A DNA stretch of 63,941 bases, the filler included, from Aduncisulcus paluster (lineage: Eukaryota): the NCBI GenBank assembly GCA_024181965.1. It is 14 parts of 14 records of this genome, joined end to end, with 100 filler letters (N's around TTAATTAATTAA, not from the genome) between each part and the next. Parts side by side here need not be neighbours in the genome. Positions count along the whole stretch, not along the records: positions 1 to 1,641 come from BQXS01011949.1; positions 1,742 to 3,842 come from BQXS01011950.1; positions 3,943 to 5,682 come from BQXS01011951.1; positions 5,783 to 7,452 come from BQXS01011952.1; positions 7,553 to 10,165 come from BQXS01011953.1; positions 10,266 to 29,756 come from BQXS01011954.1; 8 more parts are not named here. One strand, given 5' to 3'. The position numbers were made by a program, and so were the translations under genes. The notes beneath the pieces were generated by a model. It was not told where the DNA came from and did not search any database. It saw only the letters and a program-made list of their open reading frames with translations. This document shows positions 1-11,734 of this stretch, piece by piece (position 1 is the stretch's first letter; every line of letters starts with the position of its first letter).

Positions 1-1
1 C

Positions 2-1639
2 ATACTCAGAGCCTCCACATTCCTCAGTGCCTTGGAGTGGACATTCATCAAGACACTCATCGCCATACCATCCTTCAACACATCCACTCTCGATAGAAAT
101 GGATGCATCGGACTCGTTGTAGACACCGATGCACTGAGTGTTGGGATTGGATTCAATGCCAGACAAGCACGTTAAGGAAGAAGTGACAACTTCAGATCCA
201 AAGTTCACACATGTTAACGGTTCCTCAGAGCCAGAGCCAGAATCAGATCCAGAGTTGGAGTAATCACGATAGCTGAAGATGGCACAATCCGTATGGTACT
301 CGCCACTCCACACCTCTTTGCACACAACATTAGAAGAAGGATCGACAGAAGGAGTTGAACCGGAACAATACCCACAATAAGCATCATCTTGGTCAATCGC
401 AGTGGAAGTTGACTCATTGTCAGTCGTGATTGTGATGCTGTCAGAAAGAGTGAAGAATGGCTTAAATATCTCATCCGTCACTTCACACAGCTTGTTCTCA
501 CTCACGTCCAAGGAAGTCAACTCGGACAACTGGAACAGCAGAGAGATATCTGTCAGAGAATTGTTCGACAGATCTAATGACTGTAGAGAGGATAATGATG
601 AAACATCGAACAGTGAAGAATCAGTCAGCCCAATGTTGGATGCACTCAGAGAGATCAATGATGAGGACAATGGAATAAGGGAAGATAAATCAGTGAAGGA
701 TGAACACCCACTGATGTCAAGGGATAAGAGTGAGGATGGCAGACAGAATGAAGAAGAGGAAGATAAATAACAAGATGTGGAAGAAGAGAGGATGAAAGAT
801 GTGTTGTCTCGCAAAGAGAGTGTTGTAAGATGTGAGAACTGGGAGAAATTTGTATCTATACCCACACTAACATCAAGAGAATCCATCTTCAACGTGGTCA
901 AAGAAGAGCTTGGAATGTAGGAAACAGAAATGGTGCCATCAATATTAGCGCCACTCACATCAAGATATTGCAACTTGGACAGGTTGGACAGTTCAATCAA
1001 GAGATATGAAGCAGGGTTTGAAGCATCCAAAGACAATCCACTCAGATCTAGACTCTCCAAGTTTGTTGCAAAGCGTAACCCTGAGATATCAGAGAGACCA
1101 GATGATGATAGATCAAGACCAATGATATCAAGCATCTCAGTAGGTATCAATTCATTTCCAACACATTCAATGCTTGCTCCTTCAGATACCTCCACAATGA
1201 AAGAATCATTACGGTTTGCACAGATGAACTCTTCAAGTGAGTCATATGCGAGATATTCACAGATGTCTCCTTCATAACCCTCAGAGCACGAACAGACATG
1301 TGTGGAAATGTCACATGTTCCATACCCATAAACTTCACTACACATGGAACTTACATCATCAGCAGTAACGATAATAGCACATTCATACTCACACGATGAT
1401 TCATCACCATACCATCCTTCAATACACGATGTTTCTGTGCCATCAATGCTACAACACTCAACATTTACATTATCCATGGATGATTCAACACACGTGGGGA
1501 ATGTGTCAGGAGGAGTGTAGTTATCCGATTCATCAAGATATGACACACATGAACTTGACGATTCATCTCCATTGTCTACTTTGTAACTATACAGATTACA
1601 CTCCACACTCCATTGTTCGTGGGAAGTAGTAGTGGTTGT
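2..1639 (-). CDS. Fragment of LRR + EGF-like Cys-rich (surface) protein, open at both ends; absent from the ORF track
   Basis: My manual minus-strand translation has no stop across the contig: ...SCIEGWYGDESSCEYEC...CSCSEGYEGDICEY...LSDISGLRFATNLESLDLSG...LQSLDLSNNSLTDISLL...CVEGWYGDECLDECP. It has LxxLDLSxN repeats and EGF-like CxxGWYGDxC modules. Confidence 0.85.
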
Positions 1640-1685
1640 GGNNNNNNNNNNNNNNNNNNNNNNNNNNNNNNNNNNNNNNNNNNNN

Positions 1686-1697
1686 TTAATTAATTAA
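1686..1697. other. Artificial contig linker TTAATTAATTAA (first of 13, each within a ~100-nt N block)
   Basis: The identical 12-mer has stops in all frames and sits inside N runs at ~1686, 3887, 5727, 7497, 10210, 29801, 32846, 47599, 49638, 51955, 53925, 55642 and 62515. Confidence 0.98.
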
Positions 1698-1743
1698 NNN
1701 NNNNNNNNNNNNNNNNNNNNNNNNNNNNNNNNNNNNNNNNNCC

Positions 1744-3842
1744 TTAACGTGCTTGTCTGGCATCGAGTCCAATCCCAACACTCAGTGCATCGGTGTCTAC
1801 AACGAGTCCGATGCATCCGTTTCTATCGAGAGTGGATGTGTTGAAGGGTGGTATGGCGATGAGTGTCTTGATGAATGTCCATTCCAAGGCACTGAGGAAT
1901 GTGGAGGCTCTGAGTATGGAACATGTGACAGTTCAACACATACTTGTGATTGCTCTGTCTCTGGTTTCCATGGTGATTCGTGTCAATATGTCACATTCGC
2001 TGATTCCCACATTCTCTCTGCTCTGTGTTCACTTGTTGATGGTCATGACTCCACATGTGACGATCTAATTGATGGTGATCTGACAGAGAGTGATCTTGCA
2101 GGGATTACATTGTCTACTGATGAATGTCTTGATCTGTCCAGTCTTGATATCACTGACTTATCTGGACTTGAATATCTCACGAACATCTTATGCATCGATC
2201 TGAGTGGAAACACATACTTGTGATTGCTCTGTCTCTGGTTTCCATGGTGATTCGTGTCAATATGTCACATTCGCTGATTCCCACATTCTCTCTGCTCTGT
2301 GTTCACTTGTTGATGGTCATGACTCCACATGTGACGATCTAATTGATGGTGATCTGACAGAGAGTGATCTTGCAGGGATTACATTGTCTACTGATGAATG
2401 TCTTGATCTGTCCAGTCTTGATATCACTGACTTATCTGGACTTGAATATCTCACGAACATCTTATGCATCGATCTGAGTGGAAACACTTCCTTGTGTGAT
2501 ATCTCTGTTCTTGACTCCTTGAGTGAGTTTAACCATCTGACTGCTCTGAACATCTCCGATACAGCCGTGGATGACTTGACCCAGATTTCGTCTCTGTCTG
2601 GTGTTCTGACCTCTCTGAGTGTTAGTAACAACCCAAGTATCTCAGTCTATGACATTGCATCTATTTTTGGATCATCCTTGACTGAGCTTGATGTGAGTGG
2701 CATGGTGTTGGATGATTTGATGTGGCTCTATGAAGTTGATTCTGGTTCAGATGGTGATCCTGATTCTGCTTCTTCCTCTTTCACGATCCTGTTCCCGATG
2801 TTAGAGTATCTGGATGCCAGTGATAACAACATCTCTGATCCATCTCCATTGTTCTTGCTCTCATCCACTCTCACCACACTTGATCTGAGTGGGAACAATG
2901 TCTGTGGCATGGATGATGAAGAGGAAGTGAATGCTTTCCTATCTTTCTTCTCAGCATATACTGGCGATTCCTCTACTATCTTCGCTGGCAATGCGTGTCT
3001 TTGTACTGATGATTCCACATCTTCTTCCATCTCACTCTCATCCAATATCGTCTGCTCTGAGCTCTGGCCTGGCAAGTATTCTGCAACATGCTGTTCATCG
3101 TGTTACACCGATGTGAGTTCGTCCTCATTGTCGTGTGTGCTGATCGATGATAAAACCTCTGCCTTGTATGTCATGTGCTCTGGTCTCTTGGATAGCAATC
3201 AAAAGTGCATTGGAATGGGATCTGATGTATCTTCTGTGTCTATAAATGACATCTCTATTGTGTGTTCTGAAGGATGGTATGGTGACGATTGTCTGTCCGA
3301 ATGTCCTGTTGATGAGTATGGGCATGAATGTGGGAATTATGATGGAACCGATAATAATCCCTGTGACTCTGAAACACACACATGCACCTGCTCTTCATCT
3401 TCATCGTCACCTCTCATGACTGGTGACCTGTGTGAGATTGAGAGTGGAGTGACACTACTGTCTTCCCTTGGGATGGATGTTACCCTTGTTGAAGCTATCT
3501 GTGAGTCCATGCATGTTGCTGATTATGATGTTACTGCTGTTCAATCGTTATGTTCTTCTTCTTCTGCTGAAAACATTCTCTCCTCGCTGACTGTGGATGA
3601 TCTCTCCACCATCACATCTCTCACCATCCCAACCACCGTGGCTTCCCTCTCAGGGCTTGAATATGCCGAGCACCTTGAGATCCTTTCGTTTGCACCGGGG
3701 AACACTCTCATCTCCGATCTATCACCCATTGCATCCTTATCCTCGTTGTATGTGATTGAGCTTGATTCACTTGAAAACATGGATGTATCACTTCTGAGCA
3801 CATTGACGGATGCTGTCGGTGCTCTGAAGATGGATCTTGAGT
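1744..3842 (+). CDS. Fragment of LRR + EGF-like Cys-rich protein (same family as contig 1); apparent frame break caused by a local duplication
   Basis: ORFs 1753-2223 and 2204-3842 contain CVEGWYGDEC, CDCSVSGFHGDSC and LEYLDASDNNISDPSPL. About 273 bp (~1937-2212) is repeated at ~2210-2486. Confidence 0.85.
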
Positions 3843-3956
3843 NNNNNNNNNNNNNNNNNNNNNNNNNNNNNNNNNNNNNNNNNNNNTTAATTAATTAANN
3901 NNNNNNNNNNNNNNNNNNNNNNNNNNNNNNNNNNNNNNNNNNCCCCTGTAGTTTCA

Positions 3957-5682
3957 ATGGGATCAGCCTCTAGAGAAGATATTGTCACTTCTCCCATGCC
4001 CATTGCTGATACAGCTGGGCCCGAATTATTTGATCGAACTTCAACCCTTCATTCACCTGTACTTGGTATTTCATCACCATCTGATCACTTTAGACACAGC
4101 GATATGCAATCATTATCTCCAGGCCATATGTCAAGTGCTAAACGAATTGAAAATGCCTTTTCAAGTCAGCGTTCCGTTATTGTGGATCAAACTCGGAGAA
4201 TGGAAGAGCTTACAAGAACTTTAGATGAAGAAAGAACGGCCAAAAATCGTATTCAGCATCAGTTTACTGATTACCGTGAAAGTACCGAAACTCATATGGC
4301 TACCCTCAGATCTGCCATGAAAGAAAAAGAAGACTCCCATAAATCAACAATGGATAAGTTGTCAATGCAAAATAGCTCTATACTTGCAGAGAAAGATACA
4401 TTGGCGGAAAAGGCCTCAAAAGCCTCCCAAGAGCTTGATCGGCTCAAAAGAAAGATGAGGTTAACCGACACTGAAATTGACCAACTTACTGAGCGATGTG
4501 AAACTCTTCAAAATGAGAATGATGAATTGAAACAGGAACAAATTTCCAAAGAAAGAACCTTGGCCACAGCTCGTTCTAAGATACGTACTTTAGAGGAATC
4601 TGAACGTTCCTATATTGTTCAACTTAATAATTCGAAAGATGAAGTCAAAGCCTTGAACATGAAGCTCCAAGATTCCACTTCTCATTTTGAAACGTCAAAG
4701 ACTAAATTATCACATCAAGTGAGCTCATTACGTTCAGAACTTGATAAATTAATGCGTGAGAATGCTGCTCATGTATCCGAAGTGTCTCAATTGAAAAGAG
4801 AACAATCTCGTACTATTTCATCCCATGCTATTGCTATTTCAACTAAATCTGACGAATTAGACCAACTCAAGCGTCAGATTGAGAAAGAAAAAGAAGAACG
4901 CGAGAAAATTATCTCTGATTTCAATCATCAATTTGATTTGTTAAAGGAGGACAAGGAAGCAACTCAGCAACATATTACAAAGTTCCGTAAGCGTGAAAGC
5001 GAGCTTTCTGAGCAAAATGAGACTCTCCACGCTCGAATCATGGACCTTGAAAAAGAAAGAGATGCCATGGAAATTGATCTTAAAAAAATCAAGACTCTTC
5101 ACGAAGTAGAAAGTGGAAACCTTAGAACAGAGATCGGTCGTGTTAGTGATGTTGCAAAAGAGAAAGGAACTGTCTTACGTGACCTCGAACGCCGTCTGAA
5201 CAACGAGAAGACTTTACTAGAAAAAGAAAACAAACGACTCCAGGAGGAACTCACTCGAATCCGCACTCAGCTTGCTCGTCTCAAGGAAGAGCGTGACAAA
5301 GATCGTGAGAGGGAAGAGAAGAAAGAGCAGGAACGAAAAGTTGAACGTGAAAAGGAAGACAAAGAGTGGAAAGAGAGAGAAGCTAAGCATAAACAACGCA
5401 TTGACACTCTGAACGCCCGTCTAACCGCAGAATCAGGCCATACCGCAACCTTTAGGGAAAAGTCAATGCATCTTGCCGAGAATAGCAAGGCAAAAGACGC
5501 CGAGATTATTGCTCTCCGCGAAGAATTGGTGAAAGCCAGTGATGCAATGGATAGACTGGAATCTGAGAAACAAGAGCAGAAGGATACCCTTTCCGAGATG
5601 CTTACGGAACAGACCAACATCGCCCAGACTGAAAGGATAAGGGCCAAGGATGTTGAAGACCGTTTCAGAGAAGATATCGAGG
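3957..5682 (+). CDS. Long coiled-coil protein (3' truncated; possibly also 5' partial)
   Basis: 575+ codon ORF rich in E/K/R/Q with heptad-like character and no recognisable catalytic motif. Confidence 0.75.
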
Positions 5683-5782
5683 NNNNNNNNNNNNNNNNNN
5701 NNNNNNNNNNNNNNNNNNNNNNNNNNTTAATTAATTAANNNNNNNNNNNNNNNNNNNNNNNNNNNNNNNNNNNNNNNNNNNN

Positions 5783-7452
5783 CTTCACGGTTTGGCTTCA
5801 CACAGTCCACAAGTCGACGTAACACTGACTTAATTTCACTGTTCTGTACACCTCTTTCACGATAACCACGCACATCCACGATTCCAAGCTTGATTTTCAT
5901 GGCAGACATACCATCTCTTCCAATCAGTAAAGGTACATCATTTTTCAACCACGGAGTCACCCAATAAGTCACATATCCACACGATGTCGTCAGCTGATTA
6001 TATTTGTTACCACTACCACGGCATGCACAGGTCTTTAACACGATATAATGAGTCACAGAGAACTTTCCACCACCAAAAACAGTAAAGGTCAGCGGAGAAT
6101 CAGCTTTCACCAGAGCACCATCGAAACGATTAGCTCTTCTCGCCGCTATTACTTTGGAATCATCACCATCCACTCGATAACCACTTCTTGCGATCCACTC
6201 TTCACTTATCAATGATACATTGGCACCTGTATCGAATAAACACTTGGCTGTCTTAGTTCCAACCTTCTAAACCACCACATTCACTGTTACCACACCAACT
6301 GATTTATCGGTTTCAACACTTAATTGCATACATTGTCCACCCACCTTCTGTAGCTGTTCCACTTGTTTCTTTACACTGTCACGATCGAACTGATAAGTAA
6401 AATCACTCACAAACTTTTCATATACCACGTCACGAGCAGGAATTCCGGGATACCAATTTGAAATCAGAATATCTTTCTTCATATTGAAGGGTTTCTCATG
6501 TTTATCACACTCACCAGGTTTATGTCCTTCTGATTCGGCAAAAGTCACTTCACTAACAATCTCCTTTCGGTACAACTGCAATTCACGTTGCTCACCCAAT
6601 AAATCACGTTCTTTCAGGCTCTCTGCATACAATTTCCACCGGTCATCACTAATCAACTTAATAGTTGTTGACAAACCAGCTGAGCTATAAAAGGCCTAAT
6701 ACTATATAGATGTCGCGAACATCTTACAATAGTTCCATCTCTAAAGACTGTATTATCACATTCCCACACAAAATGATCACGTTTGAAGCAATAAAAACAC
6801 GGAGGTCGACGAATAGGCCTCGGTATAGCACCAAGAACACGAGCAGGAGAACACGAACACTTGTTATAGCAAATCTTCACTACCACTAACACTAGTACTG
6901 GATCTTCTCTCATGAGAAGACACTTCAGCCAAAACTTGTCCCACAGAGGACTGACCTCTCATACGATGAAATCTGGCTTCTTGCACTAAAGCAATCGCAT
7001 AATCACTAACACCTTTCACGTCATCACTGTTTATCACTGGTTTTGTAGGGTCGTCACTGTTCTGGGTCACACCGTATCTTCTCCAGTCATCTACGTCTTC
7101 CATCACCTTTTCACTGAAACTTAGAGGACGTAAACCACGAATAAAGGCGGTAGCAGCACGTTTCCTTTGGATCTCAGTCCACTTTGAGCCCACATGTTTC
7201 TTCACAAGTCGCTTCCACTCCAAAGCATAACGAGAAATTTGATCCAAGGTCACAGCCAACTCACCCTCACTACAATCACTATCACAGTCACATTTCACTT
7301 CTTTAGCATACACTAGAAAGGCTTCAAACACGTTTTGACCCACATACGCACTCACAATTTGTTTTAACATCTTCACGAAATATATCTGATCCTCACTACG
7401 CACATCAAAGTCAGTTTTAGTAATAGTCGAAATAATATCAAGCACATCATCC
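5783..7452 (-). mobile_element. Degenerate LTR-retrotransposon (probably Ty3/gypsy) gag-protease region
   Basis: CCHC knuckle CFYCFKRDHFVWEC in ORF 6653-6913, and aspartic protease KCLFDTGANVSLIS ... LLIGRD after the TAG at 6267-6269. The reading frame is split by two frameshifts and that in-frame stop. Confidence 0.8.
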
Positions 7453-7554
7453 NNNNNNNNNNNNNNNNNNNNNNNNNNNNNNNNNNNNNNNNNNNNTTAA
7501 TTAATTAANNNNNNNNNNNNNNNNNNNNNNNNNNNNNNNNNNNNNNNNNNNNCT

Positions 7555-9615
7555 CCTGACAAAAGCAGGATGAAGGATCTTTTGGAGATCGGTGCGCCAA
7601 GAGACAAGAAACAACTATTATCTCTCTTAGCAATGTTGAATTATTATCGAGTGTACATTTCTGATTTTGAAAATAAGATTGCAGATCTGAGAGAGTTGGA
7701 AAGATCTCACAAGAGATTTGAATGGACAGAGAATCATGAACGAGTTCTCAGAGAGGTATTAAGAGAACTTGGTGAACAGCCAATGCTTTTCTTTATCGAC
7801 TACAGCAAGGACCTATTCTTGAGGACAGATGCAAGTGATCGAGCATTGGGTGGTGTATTATTCCAAATGGATGATAAATCTGAAAAGCCAATAGAGTATG
7901 TATCAAAAGCCTTCTCAAGGTCGGAACGGAACTGGACTATCAACGAGAAAGAAGCCTTTGCAATTAAGTTTTGTGTTGAGAAGCTCCAACATTATTTGAG
8001 AGGATCAGTCTTTACAGTACTGACTGACCACAAGAACTTGCTGGCAATTGAAGCAGCGAAGAGCAGCAAAATTCAACGCTGGAACATGTTTTTGCGAGAT
8101 TTCAGGTTTAAAGTGATTCATGTCCCTGGGAAGGATAATGTGGTACCTGACGCTCTATCAAGAGTGGGATTTCCAGAAGAACTCCACGTAATGGTTGAGT
8201 TGGATGAGAGCTGGAAAGAAGACGCTGTAAAGAGTCAGGACATGCTTTCTCAGAAGGAAAAAGAGTTCTATAAGGAGGATGAAAATGGTGTCTATAAGGA
8301 CGTAGACAAGAGAATAATTATTCCCCAAGGAAATGACGAGTTGAAAAGAAAGGTGATGAAACGCTTTCACAATGCTGTTGTTGGTCATGCTGGTGCAGCG
8401 AACACTGTTTACAAGATTGAAAATAGCGGTGTCACATGGCAGTCAATACGAAAAGATGTTGCTGAGTTTGTTTCAGAATGTATGACGTGCCAGAAGTTGA
8501 AAGCAAGGAGAGGAGGAAAGGCTCCTTTAATGACAGGAGAGTACGAGGACCCATTTCATACAGTTTCAATGGACACAATGGGACCATTACCCATGGCAGT
8601 GTCTGGTGAGAAATACATTATAGTACTAGTCGATGCTTTCTCAAAATGGGTAGAATTGGTTCCAGTGAGAACATTGGAAGCAGAAGAAGCAGCAGATGCA
8701 TTGGTAAGATCGGTATTTGCAAGACATGGTCTTCCACGACAGATTAAAAGCGATAACGGTCCACAGTTTGCCAACTCTCTCTTCGCAAGGTTGACAACGT
8801 GTTTTGAGGTGTTTCAATATACGACAACACCATATCATCCCGAAGCGAATGGTGCAGTAGAGAGAGTTATGAGAGAATTGAAAAAACATATTCATGCGTT
8901 GCTTCATGATGTGTTGGAAAGAAGAGACTGGATTCGGGCGGTGCCAATCGTTCAGTATGTATTGAACAACACCTTGCATTCAGCAATCGGAGTAACCCCA
9001 CATGAAATGTTATTTGGAAGAAGATTGCCTGTCTGGAGAGATTTTAAGCAGACAAAATTTAAAGACATAGGTTCTGAGAAGGATCAGAAATCGTATGTCA
9101 AGTACGTTGATGAGTTGACGGATCATTTGAAGATACTAAGATCTCGAGCAGAGTCATATCAGCATGACAGGCTGAAAAAGAAGGTTAAAGGATATTCAGA
9201 GCTGGATAAAAAAACTTGGAATCCTGATGGGTTGTATTTAATTCATCGATTTCCAGATCCACCGAAGTTGGTCAACAAGTGGGCAGGACCATATGAATTT
9301 CTGACGAGAGTAACCGAAAAGGCTGCAATTTTGCGGTGTATGGTGACTCACAAAACGATTAGAGCTCACCTCGATGATGTCAAGGAGATTTCAAAAACTG
9401 TTGTAAGAGGAGATGCTTTAGCATCATTAGCAAAAGATTATGACCTTAACATCCCTTACGCGATTCTCGGTCAACGAGGGAGAGGCAGGGGAGTGAAGTT
9501 TGAAGTGCAGTGGTACGGAAAAGACGAAAAAATGACAACTTGGGAATCAGCGAGTAATCTTGAAGGAACTATCGCATTTGAAGATTACAAAAAGAAGTTA
9601 GACGCAAAGAAATGA
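7555..9615 (+). mobile_element. Ty3/gypsy pol 3' part: RT thumb, RNase H, integrase, C-terminal chromodomain; intact frame
   Basis: RNase H LRTDASD...EKEAFAI...TDHKNL...DALSR; integrase H..GH...CMTCQ and D(MDT)...D(SDNG)...E(VER); GPY motif WAGPY; chromo-like FEVQWYG...TTWESASNL. The RH-IN order is the Ty3/gypsy order. Confidence 0.95.
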
Positions 9616-9653
9616 ATTATCATGTGTTTGGAAAGCAAATGTAACAAAAAATT

Positions 9654-9672
9654 GAAGAGAATCGGAGGAATG
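9654..9672 (+). promoter_or_regulatory. Putative polypurine tract followed by the TG start of the 3' LTR
   Basis: GAAGAGAATCGGAGGAA is immediately followed by TGTCCC at 9671, shortly after the pol stop. Confidence 0.55.
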
Positions 9673-9709
9673 TCCCGAAACACAACGACACAAATAAAAA
9701 ATTTTCAGT

Positions 9710-9862
9710 TGAATTACAAGTGGAACCTGTATTACAACTGAAAATATAATTTGTTACAACTGAATTACAAGTGGAACCTGTATTACAACTGAAAATATAA
9801 TTTGTTACAACTGAATTACAAGTGGAACCTGTATTACAACTGAAAATATAATTTGTTACAAC
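9710..9862 (+). repeat. 3 x 51-bp perfect tandem repeat (probably inside the LTR)
   Basis: Unit TGAATTACAAGTGGAACCTGTATTACAACTGAAAATATAATTTGTTACAAC starts at 9710, 9761 and 9812, with a decayed partial copy afterwards. Confidence 0.92.
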
Positions 9863-10265
9863 TGAAAATATAGTGAATTACAACTGAATTCCATTCCACG
9901 ATAGGTATGGAATATTACCATGAAGTCATTTCAATTTGCAGATTTATTATCTATTTTCTCAATGGGGAACACATGTAACTTCTCGCTTACGTCTACAACA
10001 CAAGCAACTTGCTTCTTTGAAAGAAATAAAACATTTGCAGACCATGCATATTGATGAACATATAACCATGAAGAAGAGCATCCGAGCAAGAACATGGATA
10101 GTCTTTTGATTCAGATGTCTGATATGAATGCACGGGAGATACTGAACATTGAGAGATAAAGGAAGNNNNNNNNNNNNNNNNNNNNNNNNNNNNNNNNNNN
10201 NNNNNNNNNTTAATTAATTAANNNNNNNNNNNNNNNNNNNNNNNNNNNNNNNNNNNNNNNNNNNN

Positions 10266-11214
10266 CATCATCAAGGTGCTTGGCAGAGAAAGGTCTGTAA
10301 ACATGAACACGGATGAGACCAATTCTTTCATCGGGGTTAGTCTTCATTACGTGGCGGATGTATTCTTCGATAACAGCACCTCCACTTCCCATGACAACAG
10401 TGACATACTTAGCATCCTTGTGACCAACATAGGAGAACAAATCATATCCACGACCGGTAATAGCATAAACATCGTCAAAAACACGTTCAATGGCTTCAGG
10501 AAGGCTGTCAAAACGGGAGTTATCTCTCTCAACGGCTTGGAAGAAAAGATCAGGATTCTGAGCAGAACCCATAGTCTGGGGGTGGTCAGGATTGAGACAC
10601 TTGGCCTTGTAGGCATGGATAGCTTCCTTGTCAATGTAAGGACGAATCTTATCAAAGTCGATAAGCTCAATCTTGCTCACACTGTGAGATGTTCTGAATC
10701 CATCCTGAATACTCATGACAGGGTGGTGAGCTTTAATAGCGAGAAGGTGAGCAGCCAAAGCCATATCTTGAGCCTCTTGAACAGTTCTAGCGATAAGCAT
10801 GGCAACACCAGTATCACGAGCAGCCATAATATCAGAATGATCGCCAAAAATGGAGAGGGCATGACGAGCGATAGAACGAGCAGCAACATGGAAAACACCA
10901 GGCAAATGTTCACCAACCATTTTGTATAAATTAGGAATCATTAACAAGAGACCTTGAGAAGCAGTAAAGGTAGAGGTGAGACCACCGGCAACAAGAGCTC
11001 CATGGACAGCACCAGCAGCCCCAGCCTCACTTTGCATCTCAGTAACATCAACTTTTTGTCCCCAAGCATTCAACTTTCCAGCAGCAGAGTAACTATCCAC
11101 AGAAGCAGCCATTGGAGAACTTGGGGTAATAGGGTAGATAATGGACATGTCTGACAAGAAATAAGCTATTCTTGCAGCTGCGGTACATCCATCAAGAGTA
11201 TCAAATGATGGCAT
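10266..11214 (-). CDS. PFO: Pyruvate:ferredoxin oxidoreductase, N-terminal part (3' truncated at contig end)
   Basis: MPSFDTLDGCTAAA..., IYPITPSSPMA, EMQSEAGAAGAVHG, TFTASQGLLLMIPN, HVAAR, SIFGDHSD, DGFRTSH and QNPDLFFQ are hallmark PFOR/NifJ domain I motifs. The likely start is the ATG at 11214; the frame stays open upstream to the ATG at 11331. Confidence 0.96.
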
Positions 11215-11734
11215 TGTAAGTGTTTGGACAAAACCAAACTTGACAAGAATATATTTTCGTGTCGATGAACAATCGTTCATAGACGGAGAAAACAAGACTT
11301 CATATACAGATATCCAACGCAAAATAAGCATAACACCAATAAATCATGTGCATAATATTTTGTCTATTGCATGGGATTTCCTTCCTAAGCGCTCTAAGTG
11401 AATGATCATCATTGCGATGATCGCAATTCTCTATCAAATATCATAGTTTTGAACATAAATAAACATTAGAATATGTAGATATATGATATGATGATCTTGA
11501 ATTTCAAGTGAATCATCATTTCCCCCCATCTTTTCCGAAGATATTATATTTTCCCTCCTACTCAGCGATTAAAGTAGTAAAAAATAAAATCAGACGTTAA
11601 AAAAAAATATTCTCATTTTTTTCTTTAAATTCTGATACTTTCAACCTTCATACATTGATCATGCTGATCTTGCGATTTCCACGGATTTCTAATCAACCTA
11701 AATTACTTCGCTTGCTCCTCTCTGAACTAGTAGA

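Noticed and set aside
1937..2486. Exact ~273-bp duplication shifting the LRR frame
   Set aside because: The copies are identical and joined at a short ACAC microhomology; probably an assembly artefact rather than programmed frameshifting.
9710..9862. CRISPR-like array
   Set aside because: Head-to-tail identical units without unique spacers, no cas genes, and a retroelement context.
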